Source: a bacterium
GTDB lineage: Bacteria; Acidobacteriota; Blastocatellia; HR10
DNA length: 64,000 bases
Direction: 5' to 3'
Assembly: GCA_041640655.1 (NCBI GenBank)
Contig: JBEPZV010000007.1
Coordinates: forward strand, 1-64,000
Shown here: positions 59,902-64,000 of the stretch, in pieces
How the letters are laid out: each line of letters starts with the position of its first letter
Numbering within the stretch: the stretch's first letter is position 1
The notes under the pieces: generated by a model
Told to the model about the DNA's origin: nothing
Seen by the model: only the letters and a program-made list of their open reading frames with translations
Databases searched by the model: none
Program-made: the position numbers and the translations under genes

Positions 59902-62460
59902 TCAGCGTACCGCTATTGTCACGGCCCGGCCGCCGTCGGGGAATTTCACCCACACGATCCGTCGCACCGGATCGTAGCTCCATCCCTCGGCGCGTCGTTC
60001 CAGTGCCGCGAGGGTCTGAACCCGAACCAGCTCCTCTCCCGAGCGCAGGACGCGCTCTGGTTCTCGCTCAACGGCCGTGATCCGCAATAAATACGCGCGC
60101 GAGGGCGGCATATAGCTCCCCTCCCGCCGACCGACTTCCACAACGATCCCCTCAGCTGACACCCGACACCCAAACCGCGTGCGCGCGTATCGGCCGCGCT
60201 GAAAGTCATCGCTCACGCCATCATCCTCGTAGAGCGCGCCCTCGCACACGCGCCCGGGGAAGACGTTGAGGATGAGCGGATCAACCGGCACCTCATCCAC
60301 ATATTGAACGACGGGCTGCATAGGAATGATCGCCCCACCGCGCACGAAGATCGGCACGCGATCCAATGGGGCTTCGACGCGCGCCTGTCGCGGGCCGATG
60401 ATCTTCTCGCCGGTCCAGAAATCGAACCATTCGCCCTCGGGGACATACACCTCGCGCGAACGCGCGCCCTCCACGAGCACGGGTGCAATGAGCAGGTCGC
60501 GACCCAGTAGAAACGCCGTGTCTAACCGATAGGTTCGCCGATCCGCCGGATACTCCAGGAACAACGGCCGCATCACGGGCACGCCCGTTCGCGCGGCTTC
60601 TTCGAAGACCGTGTAGAGGTAAGGCAGAAGCTGATAGCGCAGCTCAATGGCCTGGCGATTGAGCGCCTCATACTCGGGACCGAAGGCCCACGGTTCGCGA
60701 TCCTGCGTCCCTTTCTGCGAATGCCCGCGACAGAAAGGGCTGAAGACGCCGGCCTGGAGGAATCGCGTGTACAATTCCGCGCTGGGATTCCCCGCGAACC
60801 CCCCGATGTCCGGTCCCGCGAACGGCTGTCCGGAGAGGCCGAGATTGAGCACCATCGGGATCCACAGCTGCAGGTGTTCCCAACTGGCCGTGTTGTCTCC
60901 AGTCCAGGTGGCCGCATAGCGATGGCCGCCCGCATACGAAGCGCGTGTGAGGATGAAGGGGCGCTGACCGGGCCGAAGCCGTTTCAGGCCCTCGAACGTC
61001 GCCCGCGCCATGAGCAGGCCGTAGACATTGTGCACTCGGCGATGATCAGTGCGGCGACCGTGAGCTTCATGAACGGCCTCCAGCGCCATCGTGCGCTCCG
61101 TCAGCCGATCCGTCTCCACGAAGACGGCGGGCTCGTTCATATCGTTCCAAAATCCGTGAACCCCCGCTTCCACCAACCCCCGATACAGATCGCCCCACCA
61201 CCGCCGGGTCTCTTCCCGCGCGAAATCGGGGAAGACGCACTCGCCCGGCCAGACGACGCCCGTGTAGAGCGAGCCATCCGGCATCCGGACGAAATGTCCG
61301 CCCTTGAGCCCCTCATCGTACACCCAATAGCCGGGCTCCCGTTTGATCCCCGGATCAATAATGGCGACGACCTTCATGCCGATCCGCGCCAGATCTGCAA
61401 TCATCTGACGAAAATTCGGGAACTTCTGCGCGTCAACGGTGAAGCTGCGAAAGCCGTCCATGTAGTCAATGTCGAGATAGATCACATCGCACGGGATCCG
61501 GCGTCGGCGAAACTCCGCGGCGATCTCCCGCACGCGCTGCTCCGGTTCGTAGCTCCAGCGAGATTGCTGATAGCCGAGCGCCCATCGAGGGGGCAGCGGC
61601 ATACGCCCCACCAGTTCCGTGTATCGCTCGAGGACCTTCTTCGGCTCAGGACCGTAGAAGATATAGTAGTCCAGCTCACCCCCTTCGGCCCCGAATGAAA
61701 ACCGGTCGCGCCGCGTGCCCCCCAGATCGAAGCTCGAACGATAGGTGTTGTCGAAGAAGATCCCGTAGCTGCGGCCTTGACGGAGCGCCAGCAGAAACGG
61801 GATGGATTGATAGAGCGGATCGGTCCCGCGCTGATAGCCGTAGGCATCTGTGTTCCAATTGACGTACACGCGACCGCGATGCTCAAGTGGCCCCGCCCGC
61901 TCCCCCAGGCCATAGTAATACTCGTCTGGCGGCATCACTTTCCAGACGCGCACGTCTTGTCCGTTCCACATCATGCCCGACCCCGGGGCCTCCGCCACGA
62001 CAATCTCACCCCGCGCGTCGCGGATCGTTACTGAACAGGGGGATTTCCCCACTTCGATGATCAGCTCCGACGTGATCAGGCGAATGTCGCTGCGGCTCTC
62101 CGCGATCTCGACGGGGACAGGGGGCCACTCGGTCTTGACGACGGCCCAACTCTCATCAAGGCCCAGCACTCCTTCCGGTCGCATCCGAACGCGAACGAGA
62201 TCAGCAGCGAGGACGGTGACCTGAAGCCGCGCGTTTTGACACTCGAGCGTCACCCCACGAGCTTCGCGCGTGACCGAGCGGGCCGAGCCGATCGTCTGCC
62301 AGCGCCCCGCTGCCGGGGGGACCGGGGCGAGCAGCACCAGCAGAATTGTCAGACTCAAGCCGAGAGAGACCCTCTTTCGCTCTCCCCCCACCAGATGGTG
62401 AAGTCCTCGCACAATCCTGACCCCCACACGGAGCGAGCATCGAAACGGTCGTCGCGTCAC
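59902..62460 (-). CDS. GH31 alpha-glucosidase
   Basis: YYGLGE, GYQQSRWSY, LDIDYMD, WNDMNEP (nucleophile) and WTGDN (acid/base). The start is uncertain; I used GTG 62460 after GGAGGAG. Confidence 0.94.
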   Translation of the reverse strand: MTRRPFRCSLRVGVRIVRGLHHLVGGERKRVSLGLSLTILLVLLAPVPPAAGRWQTIGSARSVTREARGVTLECQNARLQVTVLAADLVRVRMRPEGVLGLDESWAVVKTEWPPVPVEIAESRSDIRLITSELIIEVGKSPCSVTIRDARGEIVVAEAPGSGMMWNGQDVRVWKVMPPDEYYYGLGERAGPLEHRGRVYVNWNTDAYGYQRGTDPLYQSIPFLLALRQGRSYGIFFDNTYRSSFDLGGTRRDRFSFGAEGGELDYYIFYGPEPKKVLERYTELVGRMPLPPRWALGYQQSRWSYEPEQRVREIAAEFRRRRIPCDVIYLDIDYMDGFRSFTVDAQKFPNFRQMIADLARIGMKVVAIIDPGIKREPGYWVYDEGLKGGHFVRMPDGSLYTGVVWPGECVFPDFAREETRRWWGDLYRGLVEAGVHGFWNDMNEPAVFVETDRLTERTMALEAVHEAHGRRTDHRRVHNVYGLLMARATFEGLKRLRPGQRPFILTRASYAGGHRYAATWTGDNTASWEHLQLWIPMVLNLGLSGQPFAGPDIGGFAGNPSAELYTRFLQAGVFSPFCRGHSQKGTQDREPWAFGPEYEALNRQAIELRYQLLPYLYTVFEEAARTGVPVMRPLFLEYPADRRTYRLDTAFLLGRDLLIAPVLVEGARSREVYVPEGEWFDFWTGEKIIGPRQARVEAPLDRVPIFVRGGAIIPMQPVVQYVDEVPVDPLILNVFPGRVCEGALYEDDGVSDDFQRGRYARTRFGCRVSAEGIVVEVGRREGSYMPPSRAYLLRITAVEREPERVLRSGEELVRVQTLAALERRAEGWSYDPVRRIVWVKFPDGGRAVTIAVR

Positions 62461-62673
62461 GCCACTCCTCCCGCCCCTCCTCAGATGAGGGGCCATATTC
62501 TACCGCGCTCCCCGGATGACGACAACCGAGGGAGCATCCGCGGACCGGCGGGCGCCAGCGGCATCGAGGCGAGGGTTCCAGAACACCAAGCTGCGCGGCA
62601 GGGCGAATGCCGGTCCGACTCGATTTTTCCGCTCGCTCACGCTATGATGCTTCCCTCACCCGGGAACGATGCG

Positions 62674-62982
62674 ATGAAGACGGTGCAATGGATGGAAGGA
62701 CAACGCGCCCTCCTCGCGCGACGGGCGGATAAAATGGTGCGCGTAGCGGCCATCTTGTTCCTGACGAGCTGCGCGCTGGCCCTCGGCGTCGTGATCGCGC
62801 GACGATGGGCCGATCATCCGGTGGGCATGTACATCGTATTCGGCATGGCGCTCCTCTCGGTCGCTCTGCTGGTGGCGGCTCTCGGCGTGATCCTGCCGCT
62901 GCCCTGGCTCATCCACCAGCTCAAGCAAATGGACGAGGTCATCGCCGAGCAACGGCGCCGCGAACTCTCTCACGGTTCGTAG
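62674..62982 (+). CDS. Small two-TM hypothetical membrane protein
   Basis: Two hydrophobic helices; TATGAT -10-like box upstream. Confidence 0.55.
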   Translation: MKTVQWMEGQRALLARRADKMVRVAAILFLTSCALALGVVIARRWADHPVGMYIVFGMALLSVALLVAALGVILPLPWLIHQLKQMDEVIAEQRRRELSHGS

Positions 62983-63341
62983 CCGAGGAGATCGGCCGAG
63001 AGCGCATCGCCCCGCTTCACCAGGTGGTGGAGAATGAGATGAACGTCCCGTGAGGAACCATAGAGCATGGGGAGCACATCGGCCAGGATCTTCCCATTCC
63101 CCTGCTCCGGCCCCCCGCGCGGATCCACTTCCAGGATGAGCGTATGGCGCGGAGACGTGGTCTCTTCGTCCGCGCCTTCAGCCTGCAAGAGCAACTCCTC
63201 GGGCACCTCCACCAGCCGCAAGAGCGCCTTGATCGCCGATTTGTTCGCTTCGTTCACGAGCCGCACGCGGAGCCGATCGCGAGCAAGGATGTCGGCTTCG
63301 GCGAGCGTGGTCGAAAGTGCGATTCGGACTCTCGGTCGCAT
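62970..63341 (-). CDS. Hypothetical protein
   Basis: SD-like GAGGGAG before ATG 63341; protein-like composition; lies downstream of manC. Confidence 0.55.
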   Translation of the reverse strand: MRPRVRIALSTTLAEADILARDRLRVRLVNEANKSAIKALLRLVEVPEELLLQAEGADEETTSPRHTLILEVDPRGGPEQGNGKILADVLPMLYGSSRDVHLILHHLVKRGDALSADLLGYEP

Positions 63342-63427
63342 GGCTTCACTCCCTCTGCCCCTCGTCAGCTGCTCTCGGTGAGGAGCGGACCCGCCGTCGA
63401 GCGCGCGCCGCCGCTCCCTCTGCGCCG

Positions 63428-64000
63428 TCAACACAATTCCTCCCGGCCTTCGCGCCGCAACCGCTCCGGGAATTGACGCACGTCCTGCGAGCGCGCGAGA
63501 TCGCCGACGAGCAAGACATCGGGCGTATCCACGATCATGACGCCCTCCAGCCCGAGCACGGCGACGAGCCGCCCCGTCTGCGAATAGATGAGCGAATCCC
63601 TCACATCAATGAGCACGGCGTCGCCGAGCGTGAGGTTTCGCGCCGCATCATGATCGCGGGCGCGCAGTTGATGCACGGCCTGCCAACTGCCGACATCATT
63701 CCATCCGAAGGTCACCGGGAGGACGTAGATCGGTTCCTGCGTCTTCTCCATGATGCCGTAATCAATCGAGATCGCCTCGACCTGACGGTAGACGGCCTCC
63801 AGCGTCGGCTCGTACGCGCCATGGCGCGCCCCTTCGTCCAATCGGGCGAGCGCTTCGGCCAAACGGGGCAGATGCTTCCGGATCTCGCGCAAGATGGTGC
63901 TCGTGGTGAAAGCGAAGATGCCGCTATTCCACAGATACTGTCGGCTGATGACGTAGTGTCGGGCCGTCTCCAGATCGGGCTTCTCGACGAAGCGCTCTGC
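63428..64000 (-). CDS. manC: Mannose-1-phosphate guanylyltransferase (3' part; the 5' end is outside the window)
   Basis: FVEKP, YLWNSGIF, ISIDYGIMEK, GWNDVGSW and a C-terminal beta-helix. Confidence 0.92.
   Translation of the reverse strand, partial: AERFVEKPDLETARHYVISRQYLWNSGIFAFTTSTILREIRKHLPRLAEALARLDEGARHGAYEPTLEAVYRQVEAISIDYGIMEKTQEPIYVLPVTFGWNDVGSWQAVHQLRARDHDAARNLTLGDAVLIDVRDSLIYSQTGRLVAVLGLEGVMIVDTPDVLLVGDLARSQDVRQFPERLRREGREELC

Overview
GC-rich (roughly 65%, estimated by eye) bacterial chromosomal segment with about 57 CDSs and one tRNA. I found no integrase, transposase, phage module, CRISPR array or rRNA. The gene repertoire (Oar-like and other CarboxypepD-led TonB-dependent receptors, DUF885, DUF5916, secreted M14 peptidase, divergent Hfq) suggests Acidobacteriota; this is an inference, not a search result. 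Core blocks are gap-pgk-tpiA-secG-tRNA-Leu(GAG), argS, hfq, tkt, recX, pyrF, queF, ribA, an acyl-CoA carboxylase beta subunit and manC (partial). Accessory content covers peptide and amino-acid scavenging, alpha-glucoside hydrolases (GH31, GH37) and envelope functions. The best candidates for undescribed systems are: (1) a coupled TPM - pseudo-nucleotidyltransferase - LemA operon; (2) an orphan BoxB/PaaA-like di-iron enzyme divergent from an Oar-type receptor; (3) a PYROXD2/COG1233-like flavoprotein translationally coupled to an amino-acid permease; (4) an M14 peptidase with altered zinc/catalytic residues; and (5) a small XRE/receiver regulatory islet with clear operator palindromes. All product calls come from motif recognition by eye. 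Start codons were adjusted using Shine-Dalgarno (SD) and overlap evidence.
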